Part shown: positions 36,652 through 48,844 of the stretch, piece after piece
How positions within the stretch are numbered: the stretch's first letter is position 1
Layout of the letters: the number at the start of each line of letters is the position of its first letter
NCBI RefSeq assembly: GCF_006345805.1
Contig: NC_043014.1
Coordinates: forward strand, 25,234,001-25,298,000
Length of the DNA: 64,000 nt
Direction: 5' to 3'
Source: Octopus sinensis
Lineage: Eukaryota
Program-made: the position numbers and the translations under genes
The notes under the pieces: model-generated
The model's database searches: none
What the model saw: the letters and a program-made list of their open reading frames with translations, nothing else
What the model was told of the DNA's origin: nothing

Positions 36652-37900
36652 TTTTTGTAATATTATTAAATTTATTATCATCATTAATTGAATCAAATTT
36701 TATCTTATTTGTATTTTTATTTTTTATTCCATTATTAAATGTATGATTTATATTATCATAATACCTATTATTATTAAGACCATAGTTACCTAAATAAAAC
36801 TTAACATAATTCCGATAATTAGGTTTATTATTATAAAAATCATTTATATTATAATCCTTTAAATTATAATTATATTTACAAATATTAAAGAATTTAATAT
36901 TATTATTATATCCTGCCTCATGCAGGGCTTTCTTATGATAAGGTGCATGTTTATTAAAAATCTCTAAATCATAAGAAAGTAATGATATTCTTTTACCTAC
37001 GTTATTTATCAGCGATTTTTTAACAGAAGGTGGATGATTACTATAAGCATTAATATATCTAAGATTTTCATTATTTTTATGGAATGGTTGGGTTTTACCC
37101 ATTATTAAATTAAAATTAACATCTAAATAATTAACATGATAGTTCTCATTAAAAATAGTAATACTTAAACCATATCTTTTAAAGAAATTATAAAGTTTCT
37201 TCTTATATAATTCTAATTTTCTATTTGTACAATTCTTCGTAAGTAATAATAGGTCATTTTAAATTTTCTAATTGAAGTTCTGATAATAAATAAATACCTA
37301 CTAATACAGTAGCCTGTGCAGAATCTGGTGCCCCCATAGGTATATCAAAAGAGTTCCTAGTATCCTTCCTAGCTTATAATTTATTATTATATCTGATTAA
37401 CGATTTCCTAGCCATTTTAATAACATTAAGGTCATCAGAAGTCATTCCTATCTTATTCCCTTAGAAATATTAATAACCAGGTTATTGCATCTGAAGTCAA
37501 TTGCAACAGAATCAAGTTTATGTCAAGTAACTCTTAAATTAAAAATTCTATATACCAGTGTAAAATTGCTACTGGTAATGAAGTATATTTTTATATAGGA
37601 ACACATCTTCTCAGTTATCTAAAAGAATTTCTAATCATTACTCTACATTTAGGGATAGGAATGAATGTAACAGTACTGGGCTTAGTAAATGATTTGGGGT
37701 TTAAAAGACCACAATAAATAATTTAGTTTAGATTGGTTGATTCTCTCAATCTTGATACCTTATGACAAAGGCAAGGAATTCTGTCTTCTCTGTAATTCTG
37801 AACTATTTTTTAATTCTTTTTTCTAAAAATCCCCATGTAAACATGGTTATAGAGCATGTATACTGATGTAAACATTGGCAGAAACACACCTTTAGTTCAT
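35900..37900 (-). mobile_element. Highly decayed, AT-rich Penelope-like element (Naiad-like)
   Basis: Fragments KMARKSL, FDIPMGAPDSAQATVLVGIYLL, VNYLDVNFNL, YINAYSNHPPSVKK...IFNKHAPYHKKALHEAGY, SFRN...STGLSKYIWEL; clade assignment from memory of motif style. Confidence 0.75.
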
Positions 37901-38192
37901 ATAAGTGATATATATCATTATATATTATTTAAACATTAATTTTCTTCTTACATTTCAGATTCACTAGATATATCTTTTTCCAAATCTATATGGTTTTATT
38001 TAATATACATATAGTAATATACTTCTCATTTATTTAGTTTTTCTTTCCTTTATCCCTCCTCTTTCTATGGGCTACCTTTGACGTTATACCCTACAACGTT
38101 TTTTCTGAAACAATCTTAATAGTGTTCAGTTAATCACTATACATATCCATCATTTTCTGTTAAAATGTCTTATTGACGAGTTTCATTTCTTC

Positions 38193-38279
38193 ACTTCCCT
38201 GAAGAGAAGATTACATTGTTTTACACAATTTTATTCCTTTGAAATTATACCAGTGATATCTTCGAAATGTGTCAGAAGT
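38193..38279 (+). ncRNA. Degenerate type I hammerhead motif
   Basis: ACTTCC-CTGAAGA-GAAGAT...ATCTTC-GAAAT-GT-GTC^AGAAGT; ATGTGT is explicable as CpG decay of ACGCGT. Confidence 0.55.
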
Positions 38280-38319
38280 AAAAGAACTTGAATAACACCT
38301 GCGTTTAACTCCATATATG

Positions 38320-38419
<100 letters not shown>

Positions 38420-38504
38420 TATATATGTTTGTGTGTCTGTGTTTGTCACACACACACCCAACATCACTTGACAACCAATGCTGGTGTGTTTATATCCCCA
38501 TAAC

Positions 38505-38536
<32 letters not shown>

Positions 38537-38554
38537 TTATTACATATATATATG

Positions 38555-38835
38555 TGTGGAGGCACATGGCCTAGTGGTTAGAGTAGTGGACTCGCGGTCG
38601 AGGGATCATGGGTTTGATTTTCAGACCGGGCGATGTGTGTGTTTATTAGCAAAACAGCTAAGAGCCACGCAGCTCTGGCAGAAGGTAATGGCGAACTTCT
38701 GCTGACTCTTTTGCCACAACTTGCATCTTGCAGCTCACCTGTGATGGACCAGCATGCCATCCAGGTGGGGAACCTATATGCCAAGGAAACCGGGAAACTG
38801 GCACTAATGAGTCAGGCATGGGTCAAGAGGGAACA
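38555..38835 (+). mobile_element. tRNA-derived SINE family 3
   Basis: A box TGGCCTAGTGG, degenerate B box GGTTTGATTTT, 3' CCTGTGATGGACCAGCATGCCATCCAGG. Confidence 0.75.
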
Positions 38836-38855
38836 AACATATATATATATATATA

Positions 38856-38905
<50 letters not shown>

Positions 38906-38955
38906 TTATATATATACTCTGTGTGTGTGTGTATGTGTGTGTGTGTGTATATATA

Positions 38956-39059
<104 letters not shown>

Positions 39060-39243
39060 GAAGTAAATATATGGCACAACGAAGTACCGATATTTACTGG
39101 TAATAGCGAACGTAATAATACAACGCCAATGTATAGCTTCACCACGTATGTACTAGCAAAAATGCGTGAGTGCAACAAACTTGAAAAATATTGTCTTACC
39201 TCCAGGGAGAACATCTGAAAGATGAAATACCTAGAAAAGGATA

Positions 39244-39323
39244 ATGTGGGACCGGAGCCGGTTTCAGATTTTTCAAGATATGCCTCCACACATATACTTG
39301 ATCTATCTTCATCAGCCAAACAT
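39244..39323 (-). ncRNA. Type I hammerhead ribozyme
   Basis: ATG(TT)TGG-CTGATGA-AGAT...ATCT-GAAAC-CGG-CT-CCG-GTC^CCACAT; predicted cleavage 39250/39249. Confidence 0.72.
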
Positions 39324-39848
39324 ATACCATGACAACATTTCAGATGTTACCACATTAATGCCAATACACTCGACTGAAAGGCCGAAATGCTAACAGAACG
39401 AGAACGGTGAAGAAGCTTCAATAAAATTAGTAATACAATACGAAAGTATTGCTTTCCAGTAAAGAGTAGCCCGCGAGGGAAAATTATACATAGAAGTAAA
39501 TATATGGCACAATGAAGTACCGATATTTACTAGAAATAGCGAACGTAATAATACGACGCTAATGTATAGCTTCACCGCGTATGTACTAGCAAAAATGCGT
39601 GAGTGCAACAAACTTGAAAAAAATTGTCTTACCTCCATATCGGTACTTCGTTGTGCCATATATTTACTTCTGTGTATAATTTTCCCTCGCGGCTACTCTT
39701 TACTGGAAAGCAATACTTTCGTATTGCATTACTAATTTTATTGAAGCTTCTTCACCGTTCTCGTTCTGTTAGCGTTTCAGTCGAGTGTATTGGCATTAAT
39801 GTGGTAACATCTGAAATGTTGTCATGGTACATGTTTGGCTGATGGTAC

Positions 39849-39928
39849 ATGTTTGGCTGATGAAGATAGATCAAGTATATGTGTGCAGGCATATCTTGAA
39901 AAATCTGAAACCGGCTCCGGTCCCACAT
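39849..39928 (+). ncRNA. Type I hammerhead ribozyme
   Basis: CTGATGA 39857-63, AGAT/ATCT stem II base, GAAA 39907-10, ACCGG-CT-CCGGT stem III, C39922^CCACAT. Confidence 0.72.
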
Positions 39929-40173
39929 TATCCCTTTCTAGGTGTTTCATCTTTCAGATGTTCTCCCTGGAGGTAAGACAATTTTTTTCAAGTTTGTTGC
40001 ACTCACGCATTTTTGTTAGTATATACGCGGTGAAGCTATACATTAGCGTTGTATTATTACGTTCGCTATTTCCAGTAAATATCGGTACTTCGTTGTGCCA
40101 TATATTTACTTCTATGTATAATTTCCCTCGCGGCTACTCTTTACTGGAAAGCAATACTTTCGTATTGCATTAC

Positions 40174-40229
<56 letters not shown>

Positions 40230-40234
40230 TTCTT

Positions 40235-40425
40235 ATATTTGTTTCAATCATTTGACTGTGGCCATGCTAGAGCACCACCTTTAATTGAACAGATTGACCC
40301 CAGGACTTATTCTTTGTTAGCCTACTACTTATTCTTTCTTTTGCCAAATTGCTAAGTTATGGGGATATAAACACACCAGCATTGGTTGTCAAGTGATGTT
40401 GGGTGTGTGTGTGATTAACACAGAC
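40235..40425 (-). mobile_element. SINE family 1, 3' half
   Basis: GTTTCAATCATTTGACTGTGGCCATGCT tail and body. Confidence 0.82.
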
Positions 40426-40474
40426 ACACAAACATATATATTCATATATATATATATATATATATATGTATAGG

Positions 40475-40643
40475 CATAGGAGTGGCTGTGTGGTAAGTAG
40501 CTTGCTTACGAACCACATGGTTCTGGGTTCAGTCCCACTGTGTGGCACCTTGGACAAGTGTCATCTACTATAGCCTCGGGCCAACCAAAGCCTTGTGACT
40601 GGATTTGGTAGATGGAAACTGAAAGAAGCCCATCGTATATATG

Positions 40644-40695
<52 letters not shown>

Positions 40696-40745
40696 AGTGT
40701 GTGTGTATGTGTGTGTATATGTTTGTGTGTCTGTGTTTGTCCCCA
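40475..40745 (+). mobile_element. SINE family 1, 5' half
   Basis: GGAGTGGCTGTGTGGTAAG head, GGTTCAGTCCC, ACCTTGGACAAGTGTC. Confidence 0.88.
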
Positions 40746-41130
40746 CAAAACTACTAACTTTTTAGACGTAACTTTATACTTAGAAACCTCCCAATACTTC
40801 CCTTGTTACAAACCAATACCTTAAATTCTTAAACATTCATTCCAGTCACCACACATCCAGTTTTGATAACATAATTGAGGGTATCTCGATCCATATATCT
40901 GACCTCTCTTTCACTGAGGAAATATTCAATAACCACGCACCATATTACAACCAAGCGCTTGCTGCCAGCGGCTTCTCCCGACAAATAAAATACATCCCTA
41001 ATACTAGGCTCAAGCAACGACACACCAACCATCAGAATTACAAGAGACACACATAGTATATTAGAACCCCAGGAGAACCTGCGTTAAGACAACCCAAACC
41101 CTACATACATGGTACACTGCACCACATGCA
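40746..41130 (+). mobile_element. Penelope-like RT thumb fragment (Naiad-like)
   Basis: NFLDVTLYLETSQYFPCYKP ... EEIFNNHAPYYNQALAASGF. Confidence 0.75.
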
Positions 41131-41139
41131 TGCATGTAG

Positions 41140-42362
41140 GGTTTGGGTTGTCTTATGCAAGTTTCATATTCAGTTTCAAACGCTGGTAGCGCAGGGCTTG
41201 GAATTTTTCGGCATTGACCTGCATATTATTATCCTCAGCCCATCTGTAAATTGAGTCCAACTCCTGCAGCAGATGTGCAACATTGCTGGGGTTCTGCATT
41301 TTCTGCAAGACTTTCGTATCGTCTGCATAGCTAGCAAGGGTCGCTATCTGGGCAGTTGAGGGCATATCTGAGAGGGCCACTATGAAAAGCAGTGGTCCCA
41401 AAACAGTGCCCTGTGGAACACCGCTCACTATTTGTGTTTTCATTGAGGTGACTCCATTGGCCATTATTGCCTAACTTCTATCGTTCAGAAAGTCATGTAA
41501 CCACTCTCCAAGTTTTACAGCTATGCCAAGGTCACACAGTTTGTGGCATATCATACTATGATGCTCTTTGTCAAAAGCTTTTGCAAAATCAAGGTATATT
41601 ACGTCCACATTTGAGTTGTTGAGTAACTGCCTCAACACCCAGTCATAATGTTGTAAGAGCTGGGTCAGGCAGCTACTACCTGGTTGAAAGCCATGCTGGC
41701 TATCACTCAGCAAGTTATTTTCTTCAAGGACATATTTCTGGCATATGGCTTGCATAACAGACATGAAACATTCTAGTTTCATGTCAATGTCTGGTGTGGA
41801 GAGACATTTCGACCAGTCCTGTTTAATGATCTCTTTTTGGATCAATTTCCAGTCTGCTTTGTGGAAGTTTAGATTGGAGAGATTTCGGGTGCTTCCTTTA
41901 GGCTGTATGTCTCTGGCTACATTCAGCCCAAACATAGACAGCTCTATTATGTTATGATCCAAGACTAATGATGTTGATATTGTTCATTAAGCAGAGACCC
42001 AAAATGTTATTCGCCGTAGTTGGTCTGAGTACAACTTGCTCCATGAATAGGGCATTGGTGAGGTTGAGCAGGGATTCCACCTGTGCTTGCTTGCAATAAG
42101 TCATTCATGAGAGCATGAGGCCTTTTGGCCATTTGACATTGGGGAAGTTAAAATCACCTATAAGAAATCTGCTCATATGGTGTTCCAGTTGCATGAGGAT
42201 TTCTTTATTTCTTGTGAGGCAATCTTCAAACTTGCTTATGTGGTTTGGAGCATCCGGTGGGCAATATGTATTGCATATGACTATATTGTGCTGTCTTATG
42301 TATACAATTAGAGTGTCACATGCTGAATTTGAGTATGACAGTAAGACCAGGGGTGTGAGTTC
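41140..42362 (-). mobile_element. CR1-group LINE fragment (APE C-half + RT), ~760-bp internal deletion
   Basis: GDFNFP, DHNIIEL, YLDFAKAFDK, VPQGTVLGPLLF, YADDTK; jump from AICQKYV to LEENNLL at ~41729. Confidence 0.92.
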
Positions 42363-43830
42363 GAGGCCAAGAACTACAGACCTATCTCTCTGACCTCACA
42401 CATCAGCAAGGTCATGGAACGAATAGTCAGATGGAAACTAATCACCTTCCTTGAAGAAAATAACTTGCTGCCTAACACACAACATGGATTCCGACCAGGA
42501 AGAAGCTGCTTAACTCAGCTCCTACAACACTATGACTAGGTGCTGAAATGACTGCTCAACCACTCAAATGTGGAAGTAATATATCTCGACTTTGCAAAGG
42601 CCTTTGATAAAGTTGATCATGGAATGATATGTCACAAACTGCGTGATCTCAACATAGTTGGAAAACTGGGAGAATGGCTTCATGACTTTCTGAAGGATAG
42701 AAGTCAGGTGGTAGTAGCCAATGGGGCCACCTCCATTAACACACAAATAGTGAGTGGTGTTCCGCAGGGCACTGTTCTGGGACCACTACTGTTCATAATG
42801 GCCCTCTCAGACATGCCCTCAGCCACGCAGAGAGCCACGATCACAAGTTATACAGATGATACAAAAGTTTCACAGGCAATACAGAACCCTGAAGACACTA
42901 AGCACCTGCAATGTGAGCTGGACAAAATATACAAGTGGGCTGAAAAGAATAGCATGCAGTTCAATGCTGAAAAGTTTCAAGCTTTATGCTATCAGCATGC
43001 AAAACTAAATGCAATACCCAATAAATACACTGGACCTGGAGAGATTGCAATCCCAGAGGCACAATCAGTGCGAGACCTGGGTATTTACATGAGTGATGAT
43101 GCAACCTTTCATGTCCATGTTGCTAAATTGGCAATGAAATGTAGGCGGCTGACCGGATGGATTCTTAGAGCTTTTAGAACAAGAGACCAGGAAACCATGA
43201 TGGTCCTCTGGAGGACACTTGTCCTAAGCCACCATTGCTCTCAGCTATGGTCATCAACCAGTGTCAAATTAATCACAGAACTTGAGGCGATCCAACAAAG
43301 CTACACAAAGAAGATAGCCTCTGTGCAGCATATAAGCTATTGGGGAAGACTCAAGAGATTAAGACTCTATTCCTGAGAGCATAGGCGAGAAAGATATGCC
43401 ATAATATACATCTGGAAGATCGTGGAAGGACTTGTCCCAAACTTTGGCATCGAGAGTTACACAAATGCTAGAACTGGGCACCATTGCATGGTGCCAAGGA
43501 CTCCAAATTTGCCATCAAGATGTAGGACAAGATACTGTGATAGCCTGGGCTACAGAGGCCCATAGATCTTCAATATCCTCCCGAAGAACCTGAGAGACCT
43601 GCATGGGGTGGATGCAGATGTCTTTAAAATAAAACTGGATCTCTTCCTGTCAGGTGTCCCAGATGAACCAACTTCACGGCAGGAGGTGCAGATGAGGGCA
43701 GCTGCATCGAACTCTCTCATGCACCAAATGGCAGTTGCTAAAAAGCATTCATGAAGTAAAATCATGTAGCAACACCAAATGGCGGTGCCCGAGCATGGCC
43801 ACAGCTCATGAGCTGAAACTAGATAAAATA
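42363..43830 (+). mobile_element. CR1-group LINE, 5'-truncated, intact 3' end
   Basis: ORF 42570-43376 RT motifs; nearly identical to 62952-64000; 3' end GGCGGTGCCCGAGCATGGCCACAGCTCATGAGCTGAAAC. Confidence 0.94.
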
Positions 43831-43851
43831 AAAAATATAAAAAATAAAAAT

Positions 43852-43933
<82 letters not shown>

Positions 43934-44058
43934 TATATATCTATGATATATATGATAAATAACAAATAAAAGACAGAAGATGGAATATATGAGAATATAT
44001 TATTAATCAGAATTATTATCCATTAATATATATGATATATATATAATATATATTATAT

Positions 44059-44090
<32 letters not shown>

Positions 44091-44094
44091 ATAT

Positions 44095-44139
<45 letters not shown>

Positions 44140-44384
44140 TTCAGATGAATATGGTACTTAAGTTGAGGCACCAGAATTTAGTACGGTATCATCTATACAA
44201 TTTCAAAGTAAGGTGATTATAATCAAAATAAACAACAAGGATATCCAGAGGTAATGCAGTACGATCGTTTCAAGCAACTCTATTTAATTGAACACTGCAG
44301 TCATTACATCAATTTAAATGCCGAGCAATCCGCAGGTGCATAAAGTCATAGAATTTAATTCAATTAAAACAGATGGACACATTA

Positions 44385-44788
44385 CTCTTACTCTTTACTC
44401 TTTTACTTGTTTCAGTCATTTGACTGCGGCCATGCTGGAGCACCGCCTTTAGTCGAGCAAATCGACCCCGGGACTTATTCTTTGTAAGCCCAGTACTTAT
44501 TCCATCGGTCTCTTTTGCCGAACCGCTAAGTGACGGGGACATAAACACACCAGCATCGGTTGTTAAGCAATGCTAGGGGGACAAACACAGACACACAAAC
44601 ACATACATATATATATATACATATATACGACAGGCTTCTTTCAGTTTCCGTCTACCAAATTCACTCACAAGGCATTGGTCGGCCCAGGGCTATAGCAGAA
44701 GACACTTGCCCAAGATGCCACGCAGTGGGACTGAACCCGGAACCATGTGGTTGGTTAGCAAGCTACTTACCACACAGCCACTCCTGCG
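44385..44788 (-). mobile_element. SINE family 1, full length (tRNA head, CORE-like ATCTTGGGCAAGTGTCTT, LINE-like tail)
   Basis: Complete copy with (GAGTAAA)n-like tail; nearly identical to 59386-59804. Confidence 0.93.
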
Positions 44789-45739
44789 CCTGTATAATTT
44801 TACCTAAAACCTAGTATAATTTTACCTAAAATCTCCAAGAAGGTAAGGAGATAGACAAAGAACATGCTGCCTTCACTTAGCGTAGTAGCTTCTAAAAATT
44901 AAAATCTTCAACAGCAGTGACAAGAATCACGACAACAACATCAATAATTACAACAACAACAACCATCTCAAAAATATCAACAGACACAGCTTCAACCTAC
45001 TATCATCCCATTTGAGATCAACCAACTAAATGCTTACTTGAAGTCCCTTTAATCAATTTGCCAAACACAAATGTACACAAATTAAAATCTATGCCTCCCA
45101 CAGCCTACACATGAAACCTCAAAATATGCCGCTATTCACTACGCAGTAGGCTGTGCACTGACATCGATGGCAATTTCACTCATTTACCAGGGACTAGGCG
45201 CTCAATTCCTACTCACAACAGCCATTACCATCAAAGTACACAATCAAAAACAATGCCACTACCACCATTTCCATCACCCTCACCAAACACTAAATCAAAT
45301 TTGAAATAAACCACTCATGTTACACGGAACCCTAGAGTCTGCTGCTATTCCCAGCATAACAGATTATGTCAACAGTATAATTGTCCATTTACCCATCTCT
45401 CAGGGACTTGTTGCACAAATAAAAATATAAACGGGACCTCTAACCAATGCAAAACCCACAACCACAAACATTTCCAGTTCTCCAATCAGAATTCATTTTA
45501 GCCATAATGAATCTGGCAAAAGAGCTACAAAAGAACATTCTAGCCATCACACAAGGCCACCTCCACCACCACCCTATCACACAAACTCCCATTGATGCCG
45601 TTAACAAGCAAATCACCAAAACAGTCAAAATCAGTCACCACTATCGCCTCAACATTTTTGCTCAATGCACAAGGCATCAGCCCTTCCACCAATGCCCCAA
45701 AATGGAAGATCCAATTTATTGAGGACTGGGTTAATAACC

Positions 45740-48490
45740 ATCCACACCATATCCCTTTTTTTGTCCTCATTGAGACCCATCTCAATAACCTCCACTTGGA
45801 AGCTGAGGTGAGAGTGAAGAATTTTACAGCCATCTGTGCAGATCGTGTTGGCAGAAGAAAGGATGGCACTGCCATTTTCGTGCACAATTCTGTTTTTTGC
45901 TGAAGCAATAGACGTATTTACCAATGGCTACTGTGAAGCAGCTTTTGTGTTTAGTAAAACCAACAATTTAATAATAGTTGGGCTCTATAGGCCACCCTAA
46001 CTCCTTTTCTATGCTTAAGGAATGCCTCAATAGAATTAAGTGTTTCATCCATCAGTATCATGCTGACAACATATTAATGATGGGGGACTTCAACCTTCCC
46101 AGTGTTGATTGGTCCACAAACAGCTTGAAACCAGGATTTTTCACCTCAACCCCTAATAAGGAAGCAATCGAATTGATTTTTCATTTCATGGATGAGTTTT
46201 CTTAACACAACTTGTTCGTGAACCAACAAGGTGTCACAAAACACCTTGGGCCTAGTGTTCAGTAACCACACTGACACTATTCTCAATATTGCAGTGAAAA
46301 AAAACACCACTACCCTCAGACCATGACATGGTTCTCTGCAACCTGAGATTCTACCACCCAAAGATCAAATCCAGTGACATTTCTCCAGTCCATCCATTTG
46401 ACTTTATGGATCTTCATAACGCAAACTGGGATGCAATCAATCATGATCTTTCACAAGTTGATAGGGCCTTCACACACACACACACACCCTCCAACATAAA
46501 CACATTGTGGCAGACATTTGTAGATACTGTGACAATTATATACACAAAACATACACAATTAAGATCAGTATACAAATCTAAGTGCAGAATTTCTAGAAAT
46601 AAAAGAGCAATTATAAGGAAAATAAAAGAATTAACAAGAAAATCAACCAACTTAAATACTTCCAGCAGCAACGCACCCATTCGACTGCCATTGCATGATG
46701 ACCATCATTAACAGTCAGAGAGCAGCTGAGGAGAGTTGGGCCATTGAGAAAATAAATCTCAATCCAAAAATGTTCTTTTCATTTGCGAAAAAACATAAAG
46801 ACACTGTTTCCACTGTTGATCCTCTGGTTGATGCGAACAACACTCTACATGATGATGCAAAATCCATGTGCGAGATACTGCAGGGACAATACTGCTCTGT
46901 CTGCAGTAACCCTAATGTGGTTGACCAGTGATGTAAACCCTCAACTAACCATATCTGACATAACTTTTGGTGCTTCTGATATCCTAACAGAAATAGATAA
47001 GATCAAGCACAACTCGGCAGTAGGTCCCGATAAGTTCATGGCCACTGTCTTGAAGATGTGTCGACATCAAATTGCACCCCCTCTAGCTGAGCTCTAGAGA
47101 AAGTCACTTGATGCAGGCTACATTCCTGATTATTTTCTTTCCCAGTCTGTCATTCCAGTCTTCAAGAAGGAAAATAAACCTCTTGCAGTGAACTACTGTC
47201 TGATTTCACTCACTTCTCATATCATTAAAGTATTTGAGAGGGTGGTGAGATCGCGAATAACTCACTTCCTCAAAGACAACAATCTGCTGAATCCCAACCA
47301 GCATGGTTTCCGTGATGGCAGGGACTGCTTGTTGCAGCTTCTGCACCATTTTGATGATGTCTTAAAAGCATTGGGAGAGGGTTCCAACACTGATGTCACA
47401 TACCTTGATTTCAGCAAGGCATTTGACAGAGTGGACCACAAAATCCTGCTGAAGGAACTGTCCAACATTGGAGTCCATAGAAAGCTGCTTTAGTTGATAA
47501 AGTGTTTCCTGACGAACAGAACTCAACATGTTGTGTTTGAGGGAATACAATCCAGCTCAGCCAAAGTCAGTAGTGGTGTCCCACAAGGTACTGTGTTGGG
47601 TCCACTCCTCTTCATTATTTATATCAATGACATAGTGGATGTCATCAAACATTCTATATTGAAAATCTTTGTGGATGATTCCAAACTCTAGAAAGCCATA
47701 AACAGCATGAGAGACTGAACATGCCTTCAGTTAGATCGGTTTGCTATTGTCCAATGGGCAGAAAAAAACAATATGCTTTTAAATGAAGATAAGTTTGATT
47801 TGATCCACTTTGGGAAAGTGGAAACTGAAATTACCATATGCTCTTCTCTCGGGCGACTCCCTAGTGTCATCCAACAACACCAGAGCTCTTGGAGTAATTG
47901 TTGATAACAATCTAAGCTGGAGTTCCCACGTAAACAGCAAGGTTGACTTGGCCCACAAGATGTGTTCCTGGATTCTGAGAACTTTCTGGTCTAGAGATAC
48001 CTACACCATCATCCTTCTCTGTTCTACTTTTGCCTGACCCCACCTTGAGTACAGTTGCCCACTGTGGTCCCCCCATACGAAGCAACTCATTATGAAAGTA
48101 GAAGCACTCCAGAGGTCAATGACAAGAAAGGCAGACAGCATGAGAGGCATTGATTATTGGGGTCGACTAAAAAAAATCTCTATTCTCTCCAATGCTGCCA
48201 GGAGTGCTACATCATTTGTGTTATGTGGAAAATATTCCATCAATATTGCACAAAAGATGTTGGCAGTAATTTTAAAATCCATCTAAGACTTGGCCCCCAT
48301 GCTATCCGCCCACTACAAAATTGAACTCAGTACACATAGCAACACTACCTCACAATTATTTTACCTCAACCAGTCCAGCTCTCTTTAATACCATACCATA
48401 CCAAAATACGTCAAAACGGACACAGATCCCATAAAATTCAAATGTTCACTGGACAAATTTCTTCAAAAAATCCCGGACCAACCTCCTACA
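45740..48490 (+). mobile_element. Older CR1-group LINE ORF2 remnant
   Basis: LIETHL, MGDFNLP, VGPDKF, NQHGFRDGR, YLDFSKAFDRVDH, VPQGTVLGPLLF, FVDDSKL, WSPH; many stops. Confidence 0.92.
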
Positions 48491-48519
48491 CCCAGATATA
48501 TACCTATATATATATGGTA

Positions 48520-48690
48520 GGCGTGGGTATGGCTGTGTGGTTAGGGAGCTTGCTTCCTAACTACATGGTTTCGGGTTCAGTCCCATTGTGTGGCACTTTG
48601 GGTAGGTGTCTTCTGCTATGGCCCCAAGCTGACCGAAGCTTTGTGATTGAATTCGGTAAGCGGAAGTTACTGCTGTGTGTGTATATGATC
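48520..48690 (+). mobile_element. SINE family 1, 5' part
   Basis: TGGCTGTGTGG, GGTTCAGTCCC and body. Confidence 0.82.
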
Positions 48691-48728
48691 GTGTAGGTGC
48701 TTGTGCCTCTCCAAAAGAGAGAGAGGGG

Positions 48729-48762
<34 letters not shown>

Positions 48763-48844
48763 GCATACATATATGTATATATACCTATATATACATACAT
48801 ACATATATATATAAATAGACATACATACCTATATATATACTCAC

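Noticed and set aside
41140-43830. Twin-priming 5' inversion of a single LINE
   Set aside because: The two arms overlap by ~600 bp of RT and are clearly diverged there, so they are separate subfamily insertions.
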